A stretch of 63,299 bases of DNA, the filler included, from Octopus bimaculoides (taxonomy: Eukaryota): NCBI RefSeq assembly GCF_001194135.2. It is 7 parts of 6 records of this genome, joined end to end, with 100 filler letters (N's around TTAATTAATTAA, not from the genome) between each part and the next. Parts side by side here need not be neighbours in the genome. Positions count along the whole stretch, not along the records: positions 1 to 6,796 come from NC_068986.1; positions 6,897 to 15,737 come from NC_068995.1; 5 more parts are not named here. One strand, given 5' to 3'. The translations under genes and the position numbers were made by a program. The notes below the pieces were generated by a model. The model was not told where the DNA came from, searched no databases, and saw only the letters and a list, made by a program, of their open reading frames with translations. The stretch's first letter is position 1. Each line of letters opens with the position of its first letter. Below, piece after piece: positions 1-14,085 of the stretch.

Positions 1-140
1 CAGGAGGTGCAAATGAGGGTTGCTAAATCAAACTCCATTCTTCACCAAGTGCCACATATTGTAAGAGGCTCCCTGTAATAACAGTGTAGCAACACGGTGG
101 TGCATCAGTATGGCCGCAGCTCTAGGCTGAAACTTTAAAA
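1..140 (+). mobile_element. Probable 3' tail of a retroposon, truncated by the window edge
   Basis: Ends CAGTATGGCCGCAGCTCTAGGCTGAAAC plus poly(A), resembling the CAGCATGGCCGCAGTCAAATGACTGAAAC tail of the family C SINEs in this window. Confidence 0.3.
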
Positions 141-167
141 AAAAAAAATATATATATCTATATATAT

Positions 168-676
168 TGTGAAGGTGCATGTCTTAGTGGTTAGGACATT
201 CGTCTCACGATCGTAAGGACATGAGTTCAATTCCCGGCGACACGTTGTGTCCTTCAGCAAGACACTTTATTTTCACGATTCTTCATTCCACTCAGCTGGC
301 AAACATGAGTAGTATCTGTATTTCAAAGAGCCAGCCTTGTCACACTCTGTGTTACGCTGAATTTCCTTGAAAACTACGGAGACATATACTCCGACATCAT
401 TCCATGATATACTTATTTCTTATTACCTAATAATACTGTGTTATTTGCTATTTTTGTTATGTATGTGTTTTTATGTCTGGAAACTAATTTGATCAGGATT
501 TTAAAAGGTGGTTTCAATATGTGTGCAGCTGTATTCTATTTGCGTATTGTAAATTTGTTCATAGTAAGTTTCTCTAGACATGGAGTGCTCAGCCACTTGA
601 ACGTTAATTTCGCCCGTTAATTTGCTCCGTTGATCGTATCAGTTGGTACCCTCGTCGTCGTAACCGACGGATTGCT

Positions 677-678
<2 letters not shown>
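168..678 (+). mobile_element. tRNA-derived SINE (family A), interrupted at 378-580
   Basis: A-box-like TGTCTTAGTGG and B-box GAGTTCAATTCC in a tRNA-like head. Body GTGTCCTTCAGCAAGACACTTTA...CTCAGCTGGCAAA is shared with the copies at 46222-46449 and 46878-47124. Assigning 581-678 as its tail rests on my recall of the family consensus. Confidence 0.7.
378..581 (+). repeat. Direct repeat A, copy 1 (copy 2 at 1436-1626)
   Basis: GGAGACATATACTCCGAC...GTTTCTCTAGACAT aligns to 1436-1626 with scattered substitutions and one internal indel. Confidence 0.95.
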
Positions 679-714
<36 letters not shown>

Positions 715-718
<4 letters not shown>

Positions 719-975
719 TTCTAAATTTTGGCGCAAGGCCAACAATGTCGCTGGAGGAGATAAATCAATTACATCGATCCCAGTATTCAACTTATCGACT
801 GCGAAGGAGTGATAACAAAATAGACTTCTGCTGAATTTGAACTCAAAACGTAAAGACGGACTGCGGTTGCACAAAAGGCGAACCTGACCTTGCTGGAAAT
901 TTTAGTCGGTAACTTAAAAAGCGAGAAAAATATGTTATGATATTTTACCCGTCGTAATGACTCTCCTGCTACTTC
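715..975 (-). mobile_element. tRNA-derived SINE (family B), diverged
   Basis: Matches the recurring motif TTGGCACAAGGCC...ATCGACCCCAG...GAATTTGAACTC...GTAAAGACGGAC. The reverse complement carries B-box GAGTTCAAATTC. Confidence 0.75.
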
Positions 976-1066
976 AACGATTTAGAAACAAGAAACAAAA
1001 GTAGGATTTGCCTTGGCTTAAGAAGTCTCACATAAAATTTCTTATCAAAATGTTATATTTCTTCCA

Positions 1067-1347
1067 GTATGTTTGTAGCAGATGATAGCTAAAATATTTT
1101 GTCCTGTTGATCCGATCTAATGGCTCATTAAACAACTTCTGAACGATTAACGCTCTTTATGTATGCAATCTCTGTTATTGCTTTGGTGGCCTCAGTAAAA
1201 ACGTCAATGCTGCGATTCGAGCTTTAGTCTCCGGAATTGAGATTAGATTTTGAAATTACTCGGGGAAACTTGACTACAAAAACAGTGATCATGGCAAGGT
1301 TGGTAGAGTAATGTGCATTCCATTCGAGATATTGCCCAACATCGAAT
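1067..1347 (+). repeat. Direct repeat B, copy 1 (281 bp)
   Basis: GTATGTTTGTAGCAG...CCCAACATCGAAT; near-identical to 1880-2160 (I see one substitution, GTCCTG vs GTCTTG). Confidence 0.95.
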
Positions 1348-1435
1348 GGCTAACATATCTGTATGTCATATTCTATGGAATATACGAGATATTCTAAATT
1401 ATCACGCAAAATGAATATTACAGTTGTTTTTGTTT

Positions 1436-1626
1436 GGAGACATATACTCCGACAACATTCCATGATATACTTATTTCTTATTACCTACTAATTCTGTGTC
1501 ATATGCTCTTTTTGTTATGTATGTGTTTTTATGTCTGGAAACTAATTTGATCAGGATTTTGAAAGGTGGTTTCAGTATGTGTGCAGCTGTATTGTAAATT
1601 TGTTCATAGTAAGTTTCTCTAGACAT
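1436..1626 (+). repeat. Direct repeat A, copy 2
   Basis: Aligns to 378-581. Confidence 0.95.
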
Positions 1627-1879
1627 CCTCAACATTTCCGAAGAAGTGTAAAATGCGAAAATATCACTGAAGCAGTAGTATTGAGATTATTGAATTGAGG
1701 ATTGACCCTCTTACATTCATCAATATTCCATTCAGCTGGAATAATTTCATCTGCTCGAATCAGCATAAATTTAGGAAAACTAGAAGAGGAAGAGAAATGA
1801 AAATTACACGTGTTCAATGATTTTAATCTCACAAACGATAACATTGATTTGATTTTGGGATGGGTTAAAATGAACAAAT

Positions 1880-2160
1880 GTATGTTTGTAGCAGATGATA
1901 GCTAAAATATTTTGTCTTGTTGATCCGATCTAATGGCTCATTAAACAACTTCTGAACGATTAACGCTCTTTATGTATGCAATCTCTGTTATTGCTTTGGT
2001 GGCCTCAGTAAAAACGTCAATGCTGCGATTCGAGCTTTAGTCTCCGGAATTGAGATTAGATTTTGAAATTACTCGGGGAAACTTGACTACAAAAACAGTG
2101 ATCATGGCAAGGTTGGTAGAGTAATGTGCATTCCATTCGAGATATTGCCCAACATCGAAT
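1880..2160 (+). repeat. Direct repeat B, copy 2
   Basis: Aligns to 1067-1347. Confidence 0.95.
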
Positions 2161-2828
2161 CTGCATTATTTAGAAAGTATGCTGTGTTTATCCATCCATC
2201 TACTGTTCGAAATAATCTTTAGTAAAAATGTTATTTGAAAGCTCAGCTAAGCGTGTATATCATTGATCACTTAACTGATCTTTTTAGGTTCCTTTCATAA
2301 CAAAACAGTAATTATGAAATCGGTCCGATCATTTGTTAGAAAGAAATTAAATGATGCACCTCTTATAATTTTTTCCAGTCGCTTGAGGTCATAACTTTCA
2401 AACTATTTCACAGTGTTTGGTTTATATGGTTATAAAAACTGAAGCGAACAGCTTGTTTGTGATTGGTTTGTAATTGAGGTAAATTGCAAAACGCCTGTTA
2501 TTAAAAGCAAAATTAATGTTTTTACTAAGCTAGCCAACGAAAGAGTCTCCATGTCGTCCATTGATCTGTTAGAAAGAGCAAATAAATCTCCTTGAAATCG
2601 GCCGGCATCGACATAGTTTTGTATATAAGTGTTGTGCTCAGCAGCTGTTTGCTTTCTGGTTTGAAACTACGGCATTGTACGAATGGAACAGAATTCCATG
2701 AGATGAAACTGAAACACTATAAGAAATAAAGTTTCAAGAGAGTTGCAGATTATTTTTGTTTACCCAAATATATTATAAAAATTTCAAACACGAAAGACAC
2801 ACGCGCACATATGCCATGCCCGCTTGTC

Positions 2829-2830
<2 letters not shown>

Positions 2831-2905
<75 letters not shown>

Positions 2906-2914
2906 TAATGATAA
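2831..2914. repeat. (TAA)n microsatellite
   Basis: Direct read; abuts the truncated mariner. Confidence 0.98.
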
Positions 2915-3171
2915 TGTAGCAGACACCCGAAGTTTAACACAAAATTTCACGTTGGCTCTTTGTTTCTGTCCATGACAAAATCGCAGACTACAGCATACAT
3001 GTGGTCACAAAAGCACAAATTTTCAGAACTTACGACATAAGCACAGAAATGACCCTCGACTCATTGCCTCAAGAAGGTCACTGCTAGCGCTCGTTGTGCA
3101 TGCGACAGTGTACTGCCATTTGTTGGCACGCTACATACCTAGTATGGGAACTTTTTTGATACCACCTCGCA
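2915..3171 (-). mobile_element. Mariner-type transposon 5' end (TIR plus start of transposase), truncated
   Basis: Minus strand starts TGCGAGGTGGTATCAAAAAAGTTCCC (mariner-like TIR). ATG at 2973-2971 gives MDRNKE, then after a frameshift NVKFCVKLRVSAT, matching the mariner N-terminal EQRxxIKFCVKLGKSATET motif. Confidence 0.8.
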
Positions 3172-3339
3172 CGAGAGAATGTGTTATGACCAATTATTAA
3201 CAGCAACTTTACTACAAAATCTGATGTTTAGTTTAATTTTCCCATATGTTTATTGGTCTGTCTAATTTTTCCAAAATACAATAAAGGTTACGCCACACAT
3301 TTTCACATAAAATGAATAGCCCAAAGCAACGTCAAGCAC

Positions 3340-3629
3340 GACAGTATAGTAGCAAGAGTAGTAGTCGTAGTATTAGTTAGGTGAGGTAGTAACAGTCGTA
3401 ATGTTTCTAATAGTCATAGTAGTAGTAATAGGAATAGTTGTAGTAGTAGTAGTATTGTAGTTGTTGTAACAGAAGTGGCAATAATATTAGTGGTAGTACT
3501 ACCCGTACTAGTAGTTGTAGTAGTAGTACTGATAGCAGTAGTCATAAAAGTATTAATAACAGTCGTAGTGTTTGTAGTTGCAGCAGCAGCAGCAGCAGCG
3601 GTAGCGGTAACAGCAGCAACAGCAGCAGC

Positions 3630-3676
<47 letters not shown>

Positions 3677-3878
3677 CAGTAGTATAGCAGCAACAGCGGT
3701 GCTGGTGGTGGTGGTGGTGGTGGTGGTGGTGGTNNNNNNNNNNNNNNNNNNNNNNNNNNNNNNNNNNNNNNNNNNNNNNNNNNNNNNNNNNNNNNNNNNN
3801 NNNNNNNNNNNNNNNNNNNNNNNNNNNNNNNNNNNNNNNNNNNNNNNNNNNNNNNATTATTATTATTATTATTATTAT

Positions 3879-3941
<63 letters not shown>

Positions 3942-3945
3942 ACGT
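3340..3945. repeat. Compound trinucleotide microsatellite (TAG/CAG/TGG/TTA) with N gap
   Basis: Direct read; explains the homopolymeric ORFs at 3414-3983. Confidence 0.95.
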
Positions 3946-6730
3946 AGTAATTCGTGCCATAAAAACCTAAAGTGTATATTCACATTTTATATTACAGCTA
4001 ATAAAAATAAGAGAAGACTAAATTTTTCGTTGTGCATGGGGTTAACATGATTTCTATGTGACTCCTTTTAAATTAGCCGTACGAAATAGTTATTCTGAGA
4101 ATTGCTGCATACATTAAACCCAGCTATCCATTTTTTTTATGAATCCATAGTTAATCTGCAGCTTGTATATATACATTAACATAAGTAGGTTTAACGATCT
4201 TCAACTGGCGACGAAAAGATAATACAATGCTGTGTTATATGAACTTAGAACCATTTATCAATGAACTAAAGACAATTCACGTTAGTCAACAGAACTCCAC
4301 CAACTGCACCTTTCACTGTTCTCTGTTGTTAAATAGATGTGGCATCTTTAACCTTAGCTCATGAATATTGGAGACTATATGTAGTTTCAGCTGTTCCGGC
4401 TTCTGAATAGATAATGAAGCGTTTATCAACTCTAAGACGATAAGAAAGTCAGAGTGAAGCTGACCTCTCTGGCTTAAGATGTCAGTTAATATTGTGATAT
4501 TGTTAAAACTGGTACGGTATTGTAGGCCTTATCGTTGTACTCGTTATACGAAATGATACGTTGAAAAAATAAGGGGCATTTTCTATTTAGACAGGTAAGT
4601 GTGAATAATAATGCAATGCCATTCTCACAGCACATATGCATTGCGATTATCTGGTCATTATGTATCTAAACGTGGAATGTAATTTTAATGATCAAAAGCA
4701 ACATTTTCAAGAGATTAATCCACTGAAATGCAAGCCATTGGTTAAATTATTCACTTGGAGTGAAGTAATTAATATAAAGAGGTGAAGAGGTGATGGAATA
4801 CCAGGTCAGAGCAAATCGTTTGTTTCTGCTTACTTTAACACGTAAATTTCCGTTGCAAGCTGCTGCGGCATAAAGAAAATAAATTTGTTACATCCAAAAC
4901 ATGTTATCACAAATAAACATCATTTTGATCCGAGCATTATTCAATGCCACAGCCGAGAGTCGTTGTTGATTAACTCGCTTAAACAGATGCGGTTGAACTA
5001 CTAACGCTATTCTAAATATATGCAATGAATTTTAAAAGTATACTGTTAGGTACGAATAAAGTTGAAGTTGCTAACTTCTAACTTCTTATCTTCAAAGGTA
5101 TAATTTGATATAAAATACAAATAGAGTTTATGAATATTCATCAGTTGCAATTTGAATATCAAATAAAGTCTCTGTTCAAAAACCTAACTTAAAAAGAAAA
5201 ATGCCCTTAATTATTATTTTTAAATAGTTTCAAGAATAGTATATCTCCATTATAGAAGTGGATATTATGGCTGAGTGGAAAGAATACGTAAAATGAAGAA
5301 GAAACATGGGGAGAAATATACTACTAATGTTTACTATCGAGACAACTACAACATTAAGTGAGTTGAAATTTATAATCTAGAAAACCTACAATAGTGTAGT
5401 TCGCAATTAATTTCTCCAGAGAGTAAAGTTGGTGAATGATTATATAAACTTGGAGTTTGTTATTTTGAGTGTTCAATTTATTTTCTATAGAATTGCATTG
5501 AAATACATGTAGAGCTGTACTTTCGTAGCGTTGAATTGTGATTTATACTGTTGTGTTACTTCGGATTTTGATACAAGGCCGGCAATTTTGTGGGGAGGAT
5601 AAAATGAAATGTAATGATTTCTTAGACAATAAACTAACAATTGACCAATTTAAATTTGTTCTTGACTAAATCTAAAAGTGTAAGATGAAATATTCAATCA
5701 AATATTTTAAATTAAGGGCAAATTGCGAGAAATTCACATAAACACTTAGCTTCAAATACTAGTAATCCATTATATATATTCAAATAAAAGACTCTACCAG
5801 GATTTGATTTCTGAAATATGTGACAAAAGTCTGTAAATGTTATTGGAACAATCTGATTTCTGAACGAAGCGCGTGATCAAAATAACATCAGAATCTAAGG
5901 TTTTATTAAACAAATTATCAATAATCGATGGAAATAATCTTTTGATATAAAAATTTAATCATGAGGTATGCGGCAGGAATTGTATAAAAATGATGAACTC
6001 ATTCTGGAAGAAATAATTTAAAAAACTGATCAAATGACCGTATGATGTGATGCTTTCCTTTTATAAACATTTAAATGATATAGAAAGAAAATTATATCTT
6101 CAAAAGTACCGGTGTGTTTTTTAATTAAAAAGATAGAACGCATCAATACATCTTTTGAAAAAAGACAGAAAAGAAAAAGAGCTGCTTAAATGTTGAATCT
6201 AATTCACCAGTCGACTAAAAGTCTTCCGGGAAAACAAATTGATGATCTTTTTGATTTCAGAATCTACCGAGATTAACTGATATCGGTTTTCTCTATATCC
6301 AATTCCACATGGGGAATAAACGCTTGCTCATTGATTATAATTATATACTCTAAGCACCGTACATTGAGCTTATGTTTGAGCATCCGAATCGCGGTCATGG
6401 ATTCAAGTCAGCAACGTATAAACTGCGTAGTCAATTCGTATTATTCTGAGACAGACAACAGTGATTAGTACATAGCAAATTCTATCGATAAATGTAGGAT
6501 TTTAATAGAGGTATAGAAAAGAAAATTATTAATATCCGTGGTGTAGACATAAAAGCATTGATTACAGAGGGCAACAAATTATATCATAAGGTGTTCATGT
6601 TATTCAGTGGGTTAAAATTGATTAGATCGGGTAAAATAATATCAATCAAAGGGTAATGTCGCTTGGCTTCTGACTATTTTCAAAAGACAATTCTGTAGTG
6701 AAAGCTACCGCGATCCCTCTAAAACAATAC

Positions 6731-6796
<66 letters not shown>

Positions 6797-6896
6797 NNNN
6801 NNNNNNNNNNNNNNNNNNNNNNNNNNNNNNNNNNNNNNNNTTAATTAATTAANNNNNNNNNNNNNNNNNNNNNNNNNNNNNNNNNNNNNNNNNNNN
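6797..6896. other. Assembly scaffolding spacer N44-TTAATTAATTAA-N44 (artefact)
   Basis: Identical 100-bp construct recurs with cores at 6841, 15782, 27779, 31214, 37717 and 61537. The 12-mer puts a stop codon in all six frames. Confidence 0.95.
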
Positions 6897-6927
<31 letters not shown>

Positions 6928-7718
6928 ATACACACACACACACATACGCACATCTGTATGTACATGTATATAATATGTGTATGCGTGTATGTGTGTTTGT
7001 GTCCATATCTGTAATTGGATATTTGAAACAGCACTAATTGTAAACTCCAATGCTATTTGTAAAAAAAAAAAGCGTGAATTCCTGATTCAAAAAAAAAAAA
7101 AAGCTAACGTTACAGCATGTACCAGAGTCCAGTAGTTGTGTCGATTGTGCTACACCTCAACATTTGAAAATTCTACTCCAGTATGGCCTTTCGCCAAAGA
7201 CTGAAACCATTAGGAGAATTAAATAATATCTAGATATATATCATCGATGTTACAAGCAAGCGGATACAGTCAAAGGTTTCGGAGCTTCAAAGGAAGTTAT
7301 AACAAACCTGCGTTGCATATTATTATCCTACTGCACACATTTGTGATTGACTTATTTTCACCTATGCGCAAGCGCCTATCACTTGTAAAAATCACTCTTT
7401 CGTTTTATGAAGCAATCTTCCGTTTTTATTATTCTTCTCGCTTATTCCTCCTCTTCTATCAATTTCTTTCTTTCACTCTGCTCCTTTTATTTATGTCCCT
7501 CTCCTTCAGATACCCAAACTCAAACACAAACACAAATAGACACACATGCACGTATACACGTAAACCTACGCACGCGGTAACTATGTACGTACCTATAGAT
7601 GCTAGAGGTTCGTATTTCCATGAGATAAATATATAGATAAGAGTATGGTTGTGAAAGCACCGCCCTACTTACGCAGGTATACATGCATATATCTATAGAT
7701 GGATAATTGGGCGGCTAG

Positions 7719-8055
<337 letters not shown>

Positions 8056-9306
8056 TGTATATGTGTATATGAATAACAAGAGAGAATAATGGAAGACCAG
8101 CCAACTTCGTATTTGCAAATGGCCCCGAAAGACTTGGCATACTAACACAAGTTCCTAGTTCAAAGGTACTGCAAGCAAATAAAAGGACTTGCTTTACGAT
8201 TTGTGGGAGTTGAAAAACAACCCAAGTAGTGAGATATTGATAGATTTTATTTTCCCATTTTTACACATTAAACACGTCGTAAAATTTCACTTGATGTTAC
8301 TTTCTGAAAAGAACAGCATTTCCGCAAGGGATTTCAATATGAAAAAGTAAAAGAAAAAAAGATAAAGGTAAAAAGGAAAATGCTAGTTTACATTTCTTGG
8401 CAATTCATTATCGATGAGGTTTGGTACTTTGAAAGTAAATAACATATAAACCTAGATAATATCAGGTGACTGGTGTATGATTGTACGCGTAGTTTATGCA
8501 GGGATCCGGGAGTAACCGCTTGAGTCTGTAATGTGCCAGGTATTCAGCCAAGATGTAAGCGGTTCGTATCTTGTTTCCTGCTGTGTTATATGGTTAGATC
8601 ACTTAAATTTCAAATATACCCCTTTGGTTCAAATCGTTCTAATTCGTCATATCAGGTTTGTAAACTCCTATTTAGCAGTGGAAGCAACTGTATGTCTATA
8701 GATTTCACGAGTGTTTCATTGGTTTGCAGTGTCAGGGAATCATTTTGTCTCGACGATAAACATCTCTGCAATAAAATCCACGATCACTCCCGAGAGTGTT
8801 ATATTGGCTTCCTTTAATATTGCAGAAGATAGAGATAAGCAAATGCCGTATGGCTATTAGTGGTTTAAAAAAGAACAAAAAATAGGATTAGCGTGTTTTG
8901 TTTTTATGTGGTCATAACCTAAGTTTTACTTCGGCAAAATATAGAAGCAGAATATATTAAGGGAAGTGTTTAATGGAAATAAACCAGCGGTTTCCAACAC
9001 TTTACCAACGAGATCCATTTTCCTAAATCAATAATCCTTTGCCGTCCTTTTTAAATATATTCCTATGAACCACACTGGAATATATTTAAAAGCACTTAAT
9101 GAAGTATAAGCTGTATAATGGGGCCAGCAAACATTGTTGATTTTTACAGCCGCCGAAAACGCAGTGAATTCGCTATAGACGTCATTAGCTCTGAGATCCT
9201 GTGAAATTGAATAACTTCCGCATGCAAGAGGTAACGATAGAGTTATTGAGATATCTCACGAAAACAAGAACCACACCTTTCTTGTTATATTTCTGTAGTA
9301 TGGCAT

Positions 9307-9501
9307 TCAAATTTTAGCACAAGGCAAGTAATTTCGGAGGTGAGGGGTAAGTCAATTAGATCGACCCCAGTACTCAACTGCTACTTATTTTATTGACCCC
9401 GAAAGGGTGAAAGGCAAAGTTGACCTTGGCGGAATTTGAACTCGGACGTGAAGACTCACGAAACACCTGGTATGCTAAGGATTCTGCCAGCTCGCCATCT
9501 T
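9307..9501 (-). mobile_element. tRNA-derived SINE (family B)
   Basis: GATCGACCCCAGTACTCAACTG...GACCCCGAAAGGGTGAAAGGCAAAG...GGCGGAATTTGAACTC...GATTCTGCCAGCTCGCC. The reverse complement has A box TGGCAGAATC and a B box. Confidence 0.85.
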
Positions 9502-9519
9502 ATTATATATTTGTAATAC

Positions 9520-9718
9520 TGGCTTCAAATGTTGGCACAAAGCCAGCAATGTTGTGGGTGGAGTTAAGTCGCTTACATCAACCTCAATGCTCAAGTGGTA
9601 CCCCCGAAATGCTGAAAGGCAAAGTCGACCTCAACGGAGTTGAGCTCAGAACATATAAAGACGGAAGAAGCGCTGCTAAGCATTTTGCCCCGTAATGATT
9701 CGGCCTTCTTGTCACCTT
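9520..9718 (-). mobile_element. tRNA-derived SINE (family B), second tandem copy
   Basis: Same motifs as 9307-9501 with an internal deletion. Confidence 0.8.
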
Positions 9719-11004
9719 TTTATATAACTGTAATATTAAAACTAATAATTCATCAACTGCGAACCGACGATGTTATCTTAGGTGGTATATTCAAGCGGTA
9801 AATCCTCTTTATTTTCCTTTGTTGTTCGTATTTAGGGACACCAAACCTTCAAATAATTGCACCAGGTACAAAACTAATCGCAATTTAAGTATCTCAATAA
9901 CGGGATTTTTTTTTCTTTTTTTTGTAAAGTGACGTTTGTTGAGCAACACTTTCTGTCTTCACTGCGATTTATATTTCTTTCCAAGTCAAGCAAAATCAAA
10001 ATTGATATGAAATTCTAGTTAAATAAGAGAGATTTCCCACACTTCTGGTTGAGAAAATTATTATATAAACATTAATAGTGAAAACAATATCATTCTTTTT
10101 CAAAAGTTTTTTCAGTTAGGCTTTAAATATGATACACAGATTCTTCTTTTAAACTAATGCTACTTCTCTCGCACATAACGAATTTTTATTCAGCCTGTCT
10201 ACTATTGGCGACATCAGTGACTTTTCCAATCAAAGTTTTACGATATCAGTAACAGTAGATTTTTTCTTAGCAAGAGTTTGCCAGTAGATACTTGCTACTG
10301 ACGAACTGAAAGTGGTAGAAATTCACGTCTCGCAATACTATCAATGCTACTAGCCAATTTTCGTCTGCTACTGATATATATTTTTGTGTCTTTTAACACT
10401 GTGCATCTATGAGAGATATCTCAGAATGAATATTGCAATTAATTAGGCTTTCCATAATGTATCTGAATTACGAAGGGTACACAAATTGCGGTTTTAAACT
10501 AATACTGTTTCTGATGCGCATACCAAACAATTTATTTTGTTTTTGTACAACACACTCAAAAGTACAGTAAAAATTACATTTGCATATTGACATTTGTCTA
10601 AATAATGATAAAATTCCAGTTAGTAAATATAATAAAGTTCAGCTAATTTATATGAAGAAATCACTTCAACTTCTGTAAGTTGCACATACTATTTACTTTT
10701 GTTAAACAGTAATATTTTGCACAACTTCCCCAATATTTAATTAGGTATGCAAATCAGCTAATTACTTATTTAAATTTAATTTATGCAAATGAGGCACAAC
10801 AGCTTTTTAAGAAATGTTCAACCGGCCTACCTTCCTCGATAATTTTGTTAAATATTTTATTTTTCAATAAAATTTTATGGATGTAGCTATAAATAGTAAC
10901 TCCATGTTTCATTAAAATATACACAATCGTTTGTGTGCCATTCTCGCTGTGTGGAAAATCTAAATCAACCAACAGAGCAAATTATTTTTGTAGATTCAGA
11001 ATAA

Positions 11005-11190
11005 ATGTGCAGGGGTGGCTGTGTGGTGAGTAGCTTGCTTATCAACCACATGGTTCCGGGTTCAGTCCCACTGCGTGGCAACTTGGGCAAGTGTCGTCAA
11101 CTAGAGCCTCGGGCCGACCAAAGCCTTGTGAGTGGATTTGGTAGACGGAAACTGAAAGAAACGCATAGATGGAAACTGAAAGAAACGTAT
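11005..11190 (+). mobile_element. tRNA-derived SINE (family C), 5' half
   Basis: GGCTGTGTGGTGAGTAGCTTGCTTATCAACCACATGGTTCCGGGTTCAGTCCCACTGCGTGGCAAC..., near-identical to the head at 29960. It has a short internal duplication of GGAAACTGAAAGAAACG. Confidence 0.9.
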
Positions 11191-11197
11191 ATATATA

Positions 11198-11420
11198 TAA
11201 AATTTTGGCACAAGCACAAGAACAGCAATTTCTGTGTCCGGGTAAATTCTATTCAGTGTTCCCCAGTTTTCAACTGGTCTTTAACTTATCGACTCCGAAA
11301 GAATGAAAGACAAAGTCGACTACGACGAAATTTAAACGCCGAACAGAAAGACAGACGAAATGCCGCTAAGCATTTTGCCCACATCTTCTAACGCCATATT
11401 GCCACCTCACCGCCACCTCA
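11198..11420 (-). mobile_element. tRNA-derived SINE (family B)
   Basis: TTTTGGCACAAG...ATCGACTCCGAAAGAATGAAAGACAAAGTCGAC...GACGAAATGCCGCTAAGCATTTTGCCC. Confidence 0.8.
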
Positions 11421-13515
11421 CCGCCACAGCGTTTTCTCTAGAATTGTTTCCTCTGCCACTACCTGTTACTACAAGGAAGAAAACTAGTATGGTGGCATGA
11501 TGCGCATGTAGTGTACTAACTGTTAATTGGTAATATTAGTACCTATCAAACAATTCTGTTTTCTATACAACTATAAATACATAGATTGCTGGACAAAATA
11601 GTATACACCATTTGTATGTCAGGCCGGTTATTAGCTCAATTCCCGCCCTCGGGACGCATTCTTGCTTATCCTTTGAGGCCGATGTATTCAAACACCACCA
11701 GGCATGAAATGATCCTGCATGATCAGCTAACGATTGACACCAGTTAAAAATACTATTTTAACCGCCCAGACAAAGATGTACTTGCCCCTGGGTATAGCTA
11801 TGGTACCAATCTAGATGTAATATCAGTGATTCGATAAAATATTCATCTTCGTTTATTGCTATTTTACAATCGAACGGAGAATTTGGATATAGAAAATAAA
11901 CAGGCGTGCAGAGGGGAATAGAGGCGGGAGAATCAACTTCATGGTTTCACACTACATTTCCATGTATACATCGATGTGTGAATATACATGCATACACACA
12001 CATATACACACAAACACGCACACATATATATATACACACATGTGTATGTGTGTGTGTGTGTGTGTACATATACACATATCTATGTGTTGTACGTGTGTAT
12101 GTGGTGTGCATATATATATAAATATATATGTATTTATACATGTATATATGCTATACAAGCAAGCGTGTGTGTGTGGTATGTGTGTTTGGGTATACGTAAA
12201 AATATATGTACATATGTGTGTATATATATATACACACATATAGATATATATATATATATACATATATANNNNNNNNNNNNNNNNNNNNNNNNNNNNNNNN
12301 NNNNNNNNNNNNNNNNNNNNNNNNNNNNNNNNNNNNNNNNNNNNNNNNNNNNNNNNNNNNNNNNNNNNNNNNNNNNNNNNNNNNNNNNNNNNNNNNNNNN
12401 NNNNNNNNNNNNNNNNNNNNNNNNNNNNNNNNNNNNNNNNNNNNNNNNNNNNNNNNNNNNNNNNNNNNNNNNNNNNNNNNNNNNNTATATATATATATAT
12501 ATATATATATGATGTATTATGAAAACAGAAGAGTATATATATTTCTATATGTGAGTATATATAAATGTGTGTGTGAGAGAGAGTGAATGTTTATGTGCGT
12601 ATACAATGTACAGAAGATAAATGCGTCTGCTTACGTTTATAGTTTCGATATATTGTTTATTGGTTTGTGTGTACGCATGCGTATGGGTCAGCGTCAGTAT
12701 ATACGTGTATATATATATATATATATCGATGTATGCATAAATGTATAACTATGTTTGTGAGTGTAAGGGAGAGTGTATAGTTAGATATATATATATATCT
12801 TGCGTGTTTATACTTACAAGCATAAATCTATATTTTGATTTTCTTTGCTTTCTCTCCTCTCTAATAGCTGCGTTGATTAGAGGGTCGACGTGCAAAGTAA
12901 ATGGCGAAGGCAAAGACATTACTTCAACAACGGATATAATAGTCAACGTGTCAGCAGCTTTATAGCCATACAATGTTGTATGTGTTTTGCGTGTGTGTGT
13001 GTGTATGTATGTACTTGTGTGTACGTATGAACTTGCATGTGCTTAGAGGAAGACGGAAAGAGAGACTGGAATATATGAATATATGAATATATATATGCAT
13101 ATAAATATATATATATANNNNNNNNNNNNNNNNNNNNNNNNNNNNNNNNNNNNNNNNNNNNNNNNNNNNNNNNNNNNNNNNNNNNNNNNNNNNNNNNNNN
13201 NNNNNNNNNNNNNNNNNNNNNNNNNNNNNNNNNNNNNNNNNNNNNNNNNNNNNNNNNNNNNNNNNNNNNNNNNNNNNNNNNNNNNNNNNNNNNNNNNNNN
13301 NNNNNNNNNNNNNNNNNNNNNNNNNNNNNNNNNNNNNNNNNNNNNNNNNNNNNNNNNNNNNNNNNNNNNNNNNNNNNNNNNNNNNNNNNNNNNNNNNNNN
13401 NNNNNNNNNNNNNNNNNNNNNNNNNNNNNNNNNNNNNNNNNNNNNNNNNNNNNNNNNNNNNNNNNNNNNNNNNNNNNNNNNNNNNNNNNNNNNNNNNNNN
13501 NNNNNNNNNNNNNNN

Positions 13516-13571
<56 letters not shown>

Positions 13572-14013
13572 TGGTAATTTATGTCTGTTGATGTGTGTTT
13601 ACATATCATTAAATATAAATTCATACATATCTAACTATACGTATGCACACCATACACACACACACACTTGTAGATATATATATATACATACATACATGCA
13701 TACGTACATACGTACATACATACATGCACACATACGTACATACATACATACATACATACATACATAGAAAGATACATATGGGGGTAAGGCTGTCGAAATA
13801 CGTGGTTTTATTGTTGAGTTTAATTTTCTAAATTGACCTCACACAACTATACAATCAATATAATAAACAAATTTGTTTTGAGTTGAAATATGTCTAGCGT
13901 AGGCTTATTAAAATATTGCTAAATGTGTCTCCGCATCTACCGTAACGCCAAGAAAAACGTAGACACACACTCACATATATATATATACAATAGACATATA
14001 TATCAAACGTATT

Positions 14014-14085
<72 letters not shown>

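Noticed and set aside
170-240. tRNA-like sequences at SINE heads (also 46878 and 29960)
   Set aside because: A and B boxes are present but there is no complete cloverleaf, and each continues into a SINE body; not tRNA genes.
3414-3983. Long poly-L/T/Y/V ORFs, and similar YI/HT/CV/X-rich ORFs throughout the window
   Set aside because: They are translations of microsatellites and N gaps.
12868-12965. Strong pyrimidine tract followed by AALIRGSTCKVNGEGKDITSTTDIIVNVSAAL*
   Set aside because: No recognisable homology or linked exon; cannot be distinguished from a repeat remnant.
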